The translations under genes and the position numbers were made by a program. Positions 45,861 through 55,286 of a stretch of DNA of 64,000 nt are shown in pieces. The stretch is from contig JACQHJ010000009.1 in NCBI GenBank assembly GCA_016199085.1, positions 41,667 to 105,666 of the forward strand, written 5' to 3'. This DNA is from Candidatus Levyibacteriota bacterium. Its GTDB lineage: Bacteria; Patescibacteriota; Microgenomatia; Levybacterales; UBA12049. A model generated the notes under the pieces. That model searched no databases, was not told the origin of the DNA, and saw nothing but the letters and a program-made list of their open reading frames with translations. Within the stretch, counting starts at the first letter, position 1, and each line of letters begins with the position of its first letter.

Positions 45861-46787
45861 ATGAAACAGTCAATGTATAGATGGTATTTCTTATTTTTTT
45901 CCTTCTCTATTATACTGATTTTTATTTCACTTATGTCTTTCGGCACTTTATTACATTCCAAGGATTTAAGATTAAACAATTGGGAAACAGAATCAAATCT
46001 ACCGGTAATTGGCATTAATGAGCAATATGACTTTGTTCTCTTAGGATCATCTCATGCAAGAACCTTGTCTAGATCAAACAACCATCTAAGGGTGGAAAAA
46101 ATTCTTGGGAAAAAATTTCTGAATCTTTCCCAAGGCGGAGATAAAACAGGAGCCGTATTGGATCAGCAAACATATTTAAATTATTTTTATCAGCGTGGAA
46201 ACTCTGCAAAAATGTTGGTATATTTTGTTGACCCCTACATATTTTTTAATAAAAGCTTGGACTATAATGCAGACCCTTATTTAAATGAGCCATTTAGATT
46301 AGACTTTCTTTCTAGACTGTTAATTGATAGACCCAAAAATCCTCAAGCGTTAGAAAAATACATAAAGAAAATATTTGAGACTCGAACAATAGCTCACTAC
46401 CCTGTATTTGAAAAACCTTTAGAGAGTACGATCGTAGCATCAATCTCTGCCGTTGACGCAAAAAACAGATTTAATACCTTATATAAATCTTCATATAATA
46501 AGAACTATTTTAACAACGTTTTGACTGCTTTAATACAAACATTAAATATTGGTAATAAACATAACGCAAAAATTATTATGATTGTTCCACCTACGCTTCT
46601 TCCTGAAAACGAGAATGATCATTATGCATATGAGTCTCTAAATTATGAAAGCAAGAGGATGGGCTTTGAATATTATAACTATTCTAAAGCAATTCGTGAA
46701 AAGAATTTATATTACAACATTGATCATCTCAATACCGAAGGGGTAATTTTTTTTACAGAAACACTCTTAAAGCCAATACTTAGGTGA
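45861..46787 (+). CDS. Membrane-anchored hypothetical protein (possible SGNH/AlgJ-like fold)
   Basis: 308 aa; N-terminal TM (WYFLFFSFSIILIFISLMSF) then a soluble domain with DFVLLGSSHA; only weak resemblance to SGNH hydrolases. Confidence 0.35.
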   Translation: MKQSMYRWYFLFFSFSIILIFISLMSFGTLLHSKDLRLNNWETESNLPVIGINEQYDFVLLGSSHARTLSRSNNHLRVEKILGKKFLNLSQGGDKTGAVLDQQTYLNYFYQRGNSAKMLVYFVDPYIFFNKSLDYNADPYLNEPFRLDFLSRLLIDRPKNPQALEKYIKKIFETRTIAHYPVFEKPLESTIVASISAVDAKNRFNTLYKSSYNKNYFNNVLTALIQTLNIGNKHNAKIIMIVPPTLLPENENDHYAYESLNYESKRMGFEYYNYSKAIREKNLYYNIDHLNTEGVIFFTETLLKPILR

Positions 46788-46831
46788 GATACTGTTATTA
46801 TCTTAACGGTTTTAATATTATATAACTTAAT

Positions 46832-47587
46832 ATGAATAAAATAGGTTTTAAAGAATCGAGAATATCTGAAAAACATTATTTTGAATGGAGAAAAAACCGC
46901 GCACAATCCGCTGTGAATCGAATAAGCGGAAATTATGAGTTAAAAAATAAGGTTACCTTAGACATTGGTTGTGGTTATGGCGCGCTTAGCTCTATCCTAC
47001 TCTCTAAAGGAGCAAAGGTTTATGCTACGGAAACAGACAAAAGTAAATTAGACTCAGCGGAGAAATTAATTAAAGGCAACAAAAAAAATATTAAGTATTT
47101 ACACGTAAAAAATGAAATATTACCTTTTAAAGATAAATTCTTCGAGGTTATTTTTTTATTCGATGTTATTGAACATGTAAAAAAACCCGAGATAATGATT
47201 GAGGAATGTGAACGAATACTAAAACCAGAAGGACTACTTTATGTTGAATTTACACCTTATTATTCTATAACCGGTCACCATTTATATGACTACACCAAAT
47301 TACCGATCCACGCACTACCTAAGAGTTTGATTAAAAAAATTGTATTTTCAAAAAAAGCTAAAAGCTTTATGACGCAAGAATATTACTGGGAACAATTCGA
47401 ATCGCTAAATAAGCTTAGAATTGAGAAGTTTCAAAAAATGGTAGAGAAGGATTTTATTAAAGTAAATGAAAGGTTCATAATAAAATATCCCGAACTTTTC
47501 GAAATTAATTTGGGATTTATAAATTATTTCGGTTTTTTCAAAGATTATCTTACAATGAGCTACGAAGGACTATTTAAAAAAACATGA
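46832..47587 (+). CDS. Class I SAM-dependent methyltransferase
   Basis: 251 aa; LDIGCGYGALSSIL ... VIFLFDVIEHV. Confidence 0.75.
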   Translation: MNKIGFKESRISEKHYFEWRKNRAQSAVNRISGNYELKNKVTLDIGCGYGALSSILLSKGAKVYATETDKSKLDSAEKLIKGNKKNIKYLHVKNEILPFKDKFFEVIFLFDVIEHVKKPEIMIEECERILKPEGLLYVEFTPYYSITGHHLYDYTKLPIHALPKSLIKKIVFSKKAKSFMTQEYYWEQFESLNKLRIEKFQKMVEKDFIKVNERFIIKYPELFEINLGFINYFGFFKDYLTMSYEGLFKKT

Positions 47588-47865
47588 ATTATTTTATTGA
47601 ACAGCTTACTGACCCTTGGGTTCTATTTGGCTTCTTTGCGCAGTTTTTATTCTTTCTTAGATTTGTCGTGCAATGGATTGCTTCTGAAAAGGAAAAGAAA
47701 AGCATTATTCCAATTTCGTTCTGGTATCTGGGGATTGCGGGATCTTTAATGATATTAATCTACTCGATAAATAGAAAAGATATTGTGTTTATAATAGGCT
47801 CTATTCTCAGCACTTTGATATACTTGCGTAACATCATACTAGTAAAGAGAATTAATATTGACTAA
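47584..47865 (+). CDS. Lipid-A-disaccharide synthase N-terminal (LAB_N) domain membrane protein
   Basis: 93 aa, 3 TM; QFLFFLRFVVQWIASEKEKKSIIPISFWYLGIAGS matches the R-F-x-x-QW-x-x-SEK...S-x-x-P-x-x-FW core of PF07578; ATGA overlap with the methyltransferase. Confidence 0.55.
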   Translation: MNYFIEQLTDPWVLFGFFAQFLFFLRFVVQWIASEKEKKSIIPISFWYLGIAGSLMILIYSINRKDIVFIIGSILSTLIYLRNIILVKRINID

Positions 47866-47971
47866 ATTAACTGAGCTTCCAAACCCTAATTGATTCTTCC
47901 CATAAAACAATTGAAGCACGAATAAGAAAGAAGAAGTGAAATATAAAAAATAGTGTTAAAAGTCTTAGATC

Positions 47972-48014
47972 AATTGTAAAATGCATATTGGGACTTAATT
48001 GTAAAACCCATATT
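47972..48014 (+). repeat. Imperfect 18-bp direct repeat AATTGTAAAA[TC][GC]CATATT, two copies 25 bp apart, in a convergent intergenic region
   Basis: aattgtaaaatgcatatt at 47972-47989 and aattgtaaaacccatatt at 47997-48014. Confidence 0.4.
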
Positions 48015-48212
48015 CCATCTAAATGTAATAAGAACATAGATAAATAGCAATAAACTTATGCTTTTTTTTTCGAAACATTCTTTAAAATGAGTTTATATAA
48101 GTTTTTGTTCCTAAAATCAAAATTCAAGCCACCTAAGCTCAAATTAAATTTTTCAAGATTAAAAGGTGCACTTGACATAAGGCAAGATCCTAGAGGGTAA
48201 GAAGGGAATAAA

Positions 48213-49013
48213 CTATTTTATCCTTTTCCTCAACATCTCTATTCTATTATCATCTTCGATATTGATAGCGGAATAATAATTTTTTTTATTTTGGAGCCAA
48301 AGCAGTTCAAACATATTAGCTTTAATAATTCCTCTCTCTACCTTTTTGAAATTACTAGGCACGTTGAATACTATTTTTCTGGTCTCAAAACGGTCTAGAA
48401 GTTTTTTAGATACAAGTTTTTTAATAAATGGAATTGCTTCAACCGCAATACCCCCACCCATAGTAGTCCTTAAACCCTTTTTCTTTGCCAAAGTAAACAT
48501 TGACTGTGCAATTTCATACAATTGGTCACAATTAATGTCATCCCTCCCCAGTCCCAACGATCCTGACATATCTACTCTTCCCAACGTAACAGTATCAATG
48601 AGGCGTATCAACTTAACGCTTAATATTTCTTTGAGATTTTGAAATCCTTGGTATGTTTCAATATTTACTCCAAAATGTATTTCTTTTTTTAAATCCTCCG
48701 GAAAATGTTTTTTAATTGCCTCCAAATATTTTGTCATTGCATATGGACTTTCAATCATAGGAGCAATAAGACCCGTCACCCCAATATGCTGTGCCTCAAA
48801 CATATCTGTTATTGCTTCTGCGCCACCTATTTTTATGACTAATCCTAATCCTGCTCGGTCTGCAACTTCTTTTAAGCGCATCAACTCATTCATCCTTACC
48901 GCTTCGGTTTCAAACTCAGCTTTTAATTCCACTACTTTATGGTTTTCTCTGAGGTCAATAAGAAGTTTTACCATTTTATTTTCTAACGTATTCACAGTTT
49001 TATTATACACCAA
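48213..49013 (-). CDS. HpcH/HpaI aldolase / citrate lyase beta (CitE)-like TIM-barrel protein
   Basis: 266 aa; GLIAPMIESPYAM resembles the G-x-x-x-P-K-[IV]-E-S loop of the CitE/HpcH family and ...NIETYQGFQNLKEIL the following I-E-T-x-x-G motif; the catalytic Lys position is Met, so assignment is tentative. Confidence 0.4.
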   Translation of the reverse strand: MVYNKTVNTLENKMVKLLIDLRENHKVVELKAEFETEAVRMNELMRLKEVADRAGLGLVIKIGGAEAITDMFEAQHIGVTGLIAPMIESPYAMTKYLEAIKKHFPEDLKKEIHFGVNIETYQGFQNLKEILSVKLIRLIDTVTLGRVDMSGSLGLGRDDINCDQLYEIAQSMFTLAKKKGLRTTMGGGIAVEAIPFIKKLVSKKLLDRFETRKIVFNVPSNFKKVERGIIKANMFELLWLQNKKNYYSAINIEDDNRIEMLRKRIK

Positions 49014-50085
49014 TTATTTTTCTCAACTCTACCAAACTCGACTCGTATTCGTCAATACCTAGATTATTAATCTTAATAAGTGAAAAGTTTTTTTGCGGAA
49101 GGACGAGCACTAAGTCATTACCAATCCTTTTTTTATCTTTTTTCATATTTTCTAATATTAAGTCTTTGTCAAAATATCTTTTTTTAATATTGACTACATC
49201 TCTGGGAATATTGGGAACTAGCAAATGTTTATTTAAATCATCAAAAACTTTTTTATCAATTAATCCTCTTTTAAGAGAAACTACGTTTGCAAATATAATA
49301 CCAATTAAAATAGCCACTCCATGGGGAATCCTAAATGATGATGCAGGCTCAAGCGCATGTCCAAATTCATGTCCATAATTTAAAAGATTTCTTCTTCCCG
49401 TGTCAAACTCGTCTCCTTCCATATAGCTTAGTTTGATCTTCATGCCTTCTTCAATTATATTAAGTATTTCCTGTCTATTTTTATTGTTTTTTAACTTTTC
49501 TATTTTTTTTAATGTATTATCCAAATCCGAAATGGCATTTCCCTTCATTAAGTAAAATTTAATAATTTCTCCTACTCCACTGAAATAGTTTAATTTAGGA
49601 AGTGTTTTTAAAAAATCCACATTAATAATAATTTTTGATGGGGGATAGAAAGTACCTAATACGTTTTTATATGATTTGAAATTAAGAGAAGTCTTAAGAC
49701 CTATTGCGCTATCTGCCATCGCCAATAACGTGGTTGGGACATAAATCCAATTAATCCCTCTATATAAAGTAGAGGAAACAAATCCAACAACATCTTGGCT
49801 TATTCCTCCCCCAAAAGAAATAATAGTCAAATTTTTTTTTGCCGTTTGCTCTAGCAGTTTTTCATATACCTTCATTACTGTTTTTATAGTTTTGTTTTGT
49901 TCACCCAGCTTTACAATTATTAACTTATCTTTAGGAAATTTATTAAAAATACTTTTTTTGTAAAAAGCGTATACATTTGATCCTACAATAACGATATAGT
50001 GTTCTATCTGGAGAAATTCGTTTATAAAATTAAAATCTTTTGCAAATATAACTTCAAAATCCTTAATTTTTGACTTAATCTTCAT
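49003..50085 (-). CDS. 3-dehydroquinate synthase-like sugar-phosphate cyclase (DHQS / DOIS / sedoheptulose-7-P cyclase family)
   Basis: 360 aa; GGGISQDVVGFVSSTLYRGINWIYVPTTLLAMADSAIGLKT and HEFGHALE match the DHQS nucleotide-binding and metal-binding motifs. Confidence 0.75.
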   Translation of the reverse strand: MKIKSKIKDFEVIFAKDFNFINEFLQIEHYIVIVGSNVYAFYKKSIFNKFPKDKLIIVKLGEQNKTIKTVMKVYEKLLEQTAKKNLTIISFGGGISQDVVGFVSSTLYRGINWIYVPTTLLAMADSAIGLKTSLNFKSYKNVLGTFYPPSKIIINVDFLKTLPKLNYFSGVGEIIKFYLMKGNAISDLDNTLKKIEKLKNNKNRQEILNIIEEGMKIKLSYMEGDEFDTGRRNLLNYGHEFGHALEPASSFRIPHGVAILIGIIFANVVSLKRGLIDKKVFDDLNKHLLVPNIPRDVVNIKKRYFDKDLILENMKKDKKRIGNDLVLVLPQKNFSLIKINNLGIDEYESSLVELRKIIGV

Positions 50086-50087
50086 AT

Positions 50088-50753
50088 TTATTTACAAATA
50101 AAGCCTCCGTCAATTACGATGTTTGCTCCCGTAATATAGGTATTCTCTTCGGCAATGAGAAAAGCCACTAGATTTGCAATCTCCTCTGGCTCTGCTAGTC
50201 TTCCCATGGGAATATCTGAGGCTATGGCTGCTATTTTTTCAGGAGGATTTACTTTAATCAAATCTGTGTTCGTAAACCCAGGAGAAACAGAATTTACAAG
50301 AATATTATAGGGAGCAAGTTCTAGGGCCAAAGATTGAGTTACTCCGTTTATGCCATGTTTTGTTGCGGAATATAAAACTTGTTTTCCACGGGCAATCACC
50401 CCAAAAATAGAACTTATATTAACGATCCTTCCCCATTTATCCTTTTTCATGCTTCCAACAAATCCTCTAATTAATTTTATTGGGGCGATAAGATTTACTT
50501 GAATAGTCTCATTTATATTTTCATCAGACAGTTCATCAATCCACTGAGGATGGTTTATTCCCGCATTGTTAATAATAATATTAATTTTTTCTTTTTTGTA
50601 CTTTTTAATAAAATTATCAATAGAGTTGTCGTTTGATAAGTTAAGTTCTTCCCTATCTGGAGAAATAATTTTATATTTTTTTTCCAGCTTATTTTTAATT
50701 GCTTTTCCGATTCCCCTTGAAGAACCTGTTAACAAAATAATCTTTTTCATCAT
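50088..50753 (-). CDS. Short-chain dehydrogenase/reductase (SDR)
   Basis: 221 aa; TGSSRGIGKAI (TGxxxGIG), NNAG, and YSATKHGINGV (YxxxK). Confidence 0.8.
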   Translation of the reverse strand: MMKKIILLTGSSRGIGKAIKNKLEKKYKIISPDREELNLSNDNSIDNFIKKYKKEKINIIINNAGINHPQWIDELSDENINETIQVNLIAPIKLIRGFVGSMKKDKWGRIVNISSIFGVIARGKQVLYSATKHGINGVTQSLALELAPYNILVNSVSPGFTNTDLIKVNPPEKIAAIASDIPMGRLAEPEEIANLVAFLIAEENTYITGANIVIDGGFICK

Positions 50754-51620
50754 TTAAGCAATAAGCACCCCCCAATCAGCGCAAAATTTTTCCACCCCTT
50801 TTTTTGTCAACTCATTTTCCAAACGCGTCTTTCTCCAATCTTTAGGAAAATTAAGTAAGTCAATGAAGGGAATAGTTTCTAGCTCAGTTTTATAAATATA
50901 TGAGCTACCTGGAATAGGACACCCCTTTTCTGCCCACTCTGATAAAACTGAAAAAGGCGCTGTTATAATATCGCATTCAAGACTTAAAGAAGACAAAAAA
51001 TGAGGCAAATTGCGTACACTTGCCGCTAAAACCTCTACGTGGTTATTTTTATCTTTTCTATAGCTTTTTAAAATATTTGAAATTAGGCTTATTCCATTTT
51101 GCCCAACATCATCAAGTCTTCCAATAAAGGGCGATATTAAAACTGCTCCCTTACTTGCGCCCTTCGTTGCAAGAAACACGGCGGCTGCCTGCTCTTGAGT
51201 AAAACATAAAGTCATATTTATCCTCATTCCATCTTGCGCCGCTTGATGCGCTGCCACAAGACCTTCTTTTATAATTGGGAGTTTTATATGAGCATTTGGA
51301 ATCCAAGAAAACATTTCTTCTGCTTCTTTAAGCATTTGGGAAGATGTTGTTTCAAAATCTGCGTATACCTCAACTGACACGGAGCCTTGGGGAATAAGTT
51401 TTGAGATTTCTTGAATTACATCTTTGTAAAATGCATATATTTCTTTTTTTGTGAATTTCTTCCCTTTCTTAATCATCTCAACGGCTTTAGGATTTTTGGC
51501 TATTAGAGTTGGATTAGTTGTTTGTCCGTCTAGAAATCCAAGTATTTTAATTATTTTTTTAGTTTCAATAGGATCACCGCTATCGAGAAAGATTTTAGTT
51601 TTTAAATCTTTTGGTCTCAT
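50754..51620 (-). CDS. Transaldolase / fructose-6-phosphate aldolase family (short FSA/TalC type)
   Basis: 288 aa; IFLDSGDPIETKKI...GQTTNPTLIAK and catalytic-Lys segment HIKLPIIKEGL. Confidence 0.75.
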   Translation of the reverse strand: MRPKDLKTKIFLDSGDPIETKKIIKILGFLDGQTTNPTLIAKNPKAVEMIKKGKKFTKKEIYAFYKDVIQEISKLIPQGSVSVEVYADFETTSSQMLKEAEEMFSWIPNAHIKLPIIKEGLVAAHQAAQDGMRINMTLCFTQEQAAAVFLATKGASKGAVLISPFIGRLDDVGQNGISLISNILKSYRKDKNNHVEVLAASVRNLPHFLSSLSLECDIITAPFSVLSEWAEKGCPIPGSSYIYKTELETIPFIDLLNFPKDWRKTRLENELTKKGVEKFCADWGVLIA

Positions 51621-51628
51621 TATATAAA

Positions 51629-52486
51629 TTATTTTTTTATTTGTTTTTTATTTTTGGTATACCAATCATATACTTTTTTAATTGCTTCATCAATATTTGT
51701 AAATGATAGGTTTTTGATTTCTTTAAGTAGTCTTGAATTATCGCATGTATATTCATTGCCTAATCCCTTATTTTTAATAATTATTTTAGATTTATCTCTT
51801 GCAATTCTGTTAATTTTTTTAGCAAGTTTAGCTATATTGATAGGTTTTCCTGTTCCGATATTGTAGAATTTGTATTCTCCGTCATTCTCAATAAAATATT
51901 CTACAATTTTTAAAAAATCTTCAATATAAAGATAATCAAAATAAACATCCTTATTAATCGTTATCGGTAATCCAAAGATATTTCTACAGATTGCATTGGA
52001 AATAAACCTGTACCTATAATCCTCATATTTTCCAAATAACCCAAATATTCTTAAGCTAACTATTCCCTCCGTATTCTCTATATATTTTGAACAAAGATAT
52101 TTGTAGTACCCGTAATCATCTACAGGGACCCTTTTATCAAAATCTTCTTCTTTTATCTTTCTTATTGGAAACCTTTTATCATATTCCGCACCAGATCCTA
52201 AATGTATCATTTTTTTAAAATATTTCTTATTTCTTACGATATTAAAAAACATTCGTAAGCTCTCATAAAACATCTTGTTCTCCTGCTCTTCCTGACGACT
52301 ACCACCTACCACAGCAGCATGAATAACTACATCAATATTTTTTTTCCTAAAAAAATTTTCTACTGCAATTTCATCGAGAAGATCTAGCTCTTTATGTTTA
52401 GGGATATAAAGTCTATATTTTGTCTCCAATCGTTCTTTTAAATTCCTTCCAATATAACCACTTGCACCTGTAATTAAAATGTTCAT
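51629..52486 (-). CDS. NAD(P)-dependent epimerase/reductase (extended SDR, dTDP-4-dehydrorhamnose reductase / GDP-fucose synthase-like)
   Basis: 285 aa; ILITGASGYIGRNL Rossmann motif, YGYYKYLCSK (YxxxK). Confidence 0.7.
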   Translation of the reverse strand: MNILITGASGYIGRNLKERLETKYRLYIPKHKELDLLDEIAVENFFRKKNIDVVIHAAVVGGSRQEEQENKMFYESLRMFFNIVRNKKYFKKMIHLGSGAEYDKRFPIRKIKEEDFDKRVPVDDYGYYKYLCSKYIENTEGIVSLRIFGLFGKYEDYRYRFISNAICRNIFGLPITINKDVYFDYLYIEDFLKIVEYFIENDGEYKFYNIGTGKPINIAKLAKKINRIARDKSKIIIKNKGLGNEYTCDNSRLLKEIKNLSFTNIDEAIKKVYDWYTKNKKQIKK

Positions 52487-52487
52487 T

Positions 52488-54317
52488 TTATGTATTCTCC
52501 CAGGTAGGAATTATCATATTTGCTTTAAATTCATCTCGTGGCAAAAATGGTCCCATATCTTCTAGTGGAGGAGACTCGAATTGACCGTCTGGGGTTCTTC
52601 TTGCCATAAGTTTTGGAGTAAGCATTAGCTCTCGTACTGAATTAATGTCACATACAATGGGACCTGGTTCATTTAAAACTCTTTTTATTTTTTCTTTCAT
52701 ATCGACATGACTATTAATTCTTATTGCCTTAAATCCATAAGCCTTGGCAACTTTTACGAAATCTGGGGAGCTCACTCCAGATTTTGAATTTACCGCAACG
52801 TGCTTTCCCGCAAATAGATTATTCTGCGTATTTTTAATAGAAAGGTATCCGTCGTTGCTATAAATAAAAAGTTTAATTGGAAGGTTATGGTGTTTCATAA
52901 CCTGAAGCTCATGGATATTAAGCTGTAAGCTTCCATCTCCTTCAAAACAAATTACCCTCTTCTTCTTATTCGCAGCAAAAGCAACGCCAATTGCCGCAGG
53001 TAATCCATACCCCATTTGTGCGCAACCATTATTTAAAATGACTCGCTGGTTTGGTTTTACATAAAAAGCTTGATACATACAGTTAAGAGCACCTACCCCA
53101 TCTGAAACAACAATAAGTTCGTTCTTTTTTAAAAGCTTTCCAATTACCTCGATGAAATAATATGGATTCACGTATCGCTTTTTCCTCTTATACTCTGGCA
53201 GCACGACTGGATATTTCTTATTGAGCCTGACTCCGTATGCTAACCAATCTTTTATATTGAGAGCTAGAGGCTTTTTTTTAAGCTGTCTTGTCATTTCTGT
53301 GATAAAGTCTTTTGCGTCAAAGTTAACTCTGAGATCCGGCGAGAGTATAAATTTATTCAATTCCTCCTTATCTATATCTACCATTACTTTATACGCTTTT
53401 CTTGCAAATGCCTTATAGGTAAATCCAATTGTTCGGATGTCAAGGCGCGCTCCAATCGAAAGGAAAAAATCGCTATTTTGAAGAACAAAGTTTGCAGCTC
53501 TTTGGCCAAACGCATGTCCTCGTCCAAAAAAATAGCGATGAGAAGAGGGGATTAGGTCATATCCAGCATAACTCGTAAGTACTGGAATTTTGAGAAGGTC
53601 AACAAGCTTAAGAAACTCTTTTGCTGCTTGAGCAAGTCGTATACCATTTCCTGCGTAAAGGACAGGTCTTTTTGAATTTCTCAAATTTTCAAGGACCTTA
53701 CTCACTTGTTTTTCTAAAAGCTTTTTTTCTGTCTCGTGTGAAAAACCTATTTCATTTGGATTAAATTGCTTAAGTTCTTTTAAATTAATAAAAGACCCTT
53801 GAACATCTAACGGAATATCTATCCATACAGGCCCTGGTCTTCCAGTTTTTGCAAGATATACTGCTTTTTCAAGATGATAACGAATTTCACTTGGATCCAT
53901 TACGGTAACTGCGTATTTGGTTATTGGCTTAACTATATCTACAATATTTATCTCCTGATCTCCAAGCTGCCTCACTCCTTTACTTGCACCTAGAAGCTCT
54001 CGCTTTACCTGTCCTGAAATAACTAGCATGGGAATAGAATCCAACCAAGCGCCAAGCATTCCAGTAATTGCATTTGTGCCACCTGGACCAGTTGTTACAA
54101 CACAAACCCCAATATTTCCTGAGATTCTTGCATAGGCCTCCGCTGCTGTTGCGCATGCTTGTTCATGATAATTGCAGACATATTTTATTTTCCTACTTTT
54201 CCCAATCGAATCAATAAGATGAATATTTCCACCACCTGAAATCAAAAATATATGTTTTACTCCAAGATTTTCAACAAATCGAACAATATAATCTGAGATT
54301 TTTATTTTACTTTCCAT
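52488..54317 (-). CDS. Thiamine-pyrophosphate-dependent enzyme of the acetolactate synthase family (YerE-like candidate for C2 branch addition to an NDP-ketosugar)
   Basis: 609 aa; N-terminal Pyr domain (...VVTTGPGGTNAITGMLGAWLDSIPMLVISGQV), C-terminal TPP motif GDGSLQLNIHELQ...SNDGY (GDG-x24-NN-like). Confidence 0.75.
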   Translation of the reverse strand: MESKIKISDYIVRFVENLGVKHIFLISGGGNIHLIDSIGKSRKIKYVCNYHEQACATAAEAYARISGNIGVCVVTTGPGGTNAITGMLGAWLDSIPMLVISGQVKRELLGASKGVRQLGDQEINIVDIVKPITKYAVTVMDPSEIRYHLEKAVYLAKTGRPGPVWIDIPLDVQGSFINLKELKQFNPNEIGFSHETEKKLLEKQVSKVLENLRNSKRPVLYAGNGIRLAQAAKEFLKLVDLLKIPVLTSYAGYDLIPSSHRYFFGRGHAFGQRAANFVLQNSDFFLSIGARLDIRTIGFTYKAFARKAYKVMVDIDKEELNKFILSPDLRVNFDAKDFITEMTRQLKKKPLALNIKDWLAYGVRLNKKYPVVLPEYKRKKRYVNPYYFIEVIGKLLKKNELIVVSDGVGALNCMYQAFYVKPNQRVILNNGCAQMGYGLPAAIGVAFAANKKKRVICFEGDGSLQLNIHELQVMKHHNLPIKLFIYSNDGYLSIKNTQNNLFAGKHVAVNSKSGVSSPDFVKVAKAYGFKAIRINSHVDMKEKIKRVLNEPGPIVCDINSVRELMLTPKLMARRTPDGQFESPPLEDMGPFLPRDEFKANMIIPTWENT

Positions 54318-54332
54318 ATTTTATATATTCAA

Positions 54333-55286
54333 TCATACTACCGACTTATACCATTTTAAAACATCTTCTAAAGAGCTATCTAAATCATATTTATTTCCCC
54401 ATCCCATTTTTTTTATTTTTCTATCATTTAAATGCTGATATGGTATTTCGTTTTTTGCACTATTAAGGATTTTGAAATCTATTTTTGTATTTAAAATCTT
54501 TTCACATTTTTTTAATAGTTGCAAAACGGAGAGAGTATCATTTGAAGAGAAATTATAAGCTTCTCCTACTGTTTTTTTAATATTTTTAAGAAGAAAAATA
54601 TATCCCTCAACTACATCCTTCACATATAAATAGTCTCTCACATAGGTTCCATCACTTCTTAGAAGTAAGGTTTTTTTATTTATAACCGCATCACAAATAT
54701 CCGGTATTATTCTTCCTAAATGAAAATCTCCTTCTCCATATACGTTTCCAAACCGTGTAATAACTACAGGAAGACTAAAAGATTTGTAATAAGTATAAGA
54801 TATTAAATCTGCGGCTGATTTTGAAACGTCATAAGGATGGTCACCTCTTAGGGGAGACGTTTCATCGTAAGCCTTAGTGGTTTTTCCGTAAGCTTTGTCA
54901 CTAGATGCAACAATTACTCCCTTAATATTTTTTATCTGTCTTGCAGCATCGAGAACGTTTACCGTACCCATAATATTTGTTTCAAAAGTAGCATGTGGAT
55001 TTAGAAACGCATTATCTACAATAGGCTCTGCCGCAAGATGAAAAACAAAACTGGGATTATAAAAATTAAATACATCAAATAGTAAATCTCTTTTCCTAAT
55101 ATCAACAAGTCTAAGGATTGTCTTTGAATTTAAACCTTGGCTTGCATAAATAGAATTCCTATTAACTTCTATGTCTAGGACTATCACATTTTTTGCACCC
55201 AGATCAAGCAAGCCCTTAACCAAATTACTTCCGATAAAGCCTGCCCCTCCTGTTACTATAATTACCTCTTTATCTAATCCTTCCAT
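54333..55286 (-). CDS. rfbG: CDP-glucose 4,6-dehydratase-like (RfbG/DdhB)
   Basis: ORF 54333..55313; TNIMGTVNVLDAARQIKNIKGVIVASSDKAYGK and GDHPYDVSKSAADLI align to RfbG TNVMGTVHLLETVKQVGNIKAVVNITSDKCYDN / GYDPYSNSKGCAELV; VTGGAGFIGSNL Rossmann motif; start probably the internal Met at 55286. Confidence 0.7.
   Translation of the reverse strand: MEGLDKEVIIVTGGAGFIGSNLVKGLLDLGAKNVIVLDIEVNRNSIYASQGLNSKTILRLVDIRKRDLLFDVFNFYNPSFVFHLAAEPIVDNAFLNPHATFETNIMGTVNVLDAARQIKNIKGVIVASSDKAYGKTTKAYDETSPLRGDHPYDVSKSAADLISYTYYKSFSLPVVITRFGNVYGEGDFHLGRIIPDICDAVINKKTLLLRSDGTYVRDYLYVKDVVEGYIFLLKNIKKTVGEAYNFSSNDTLSVLQLLKKCEKILNTKIDFKILNSAKNEIPYQHLNDRKIKKMGWGNKYDLDSSLEDVLKWYKSVV

Noticed and set aside
48030-48075. 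Possible rho-independent terminator (AGCAATAAACTTATGCT followed by T8)
   Set aside because: The stem is only 4 bp (AGCA/TGCT) with a 9-nt loop, which is too weak to call, although the T-run after convergent genes is suggestive.
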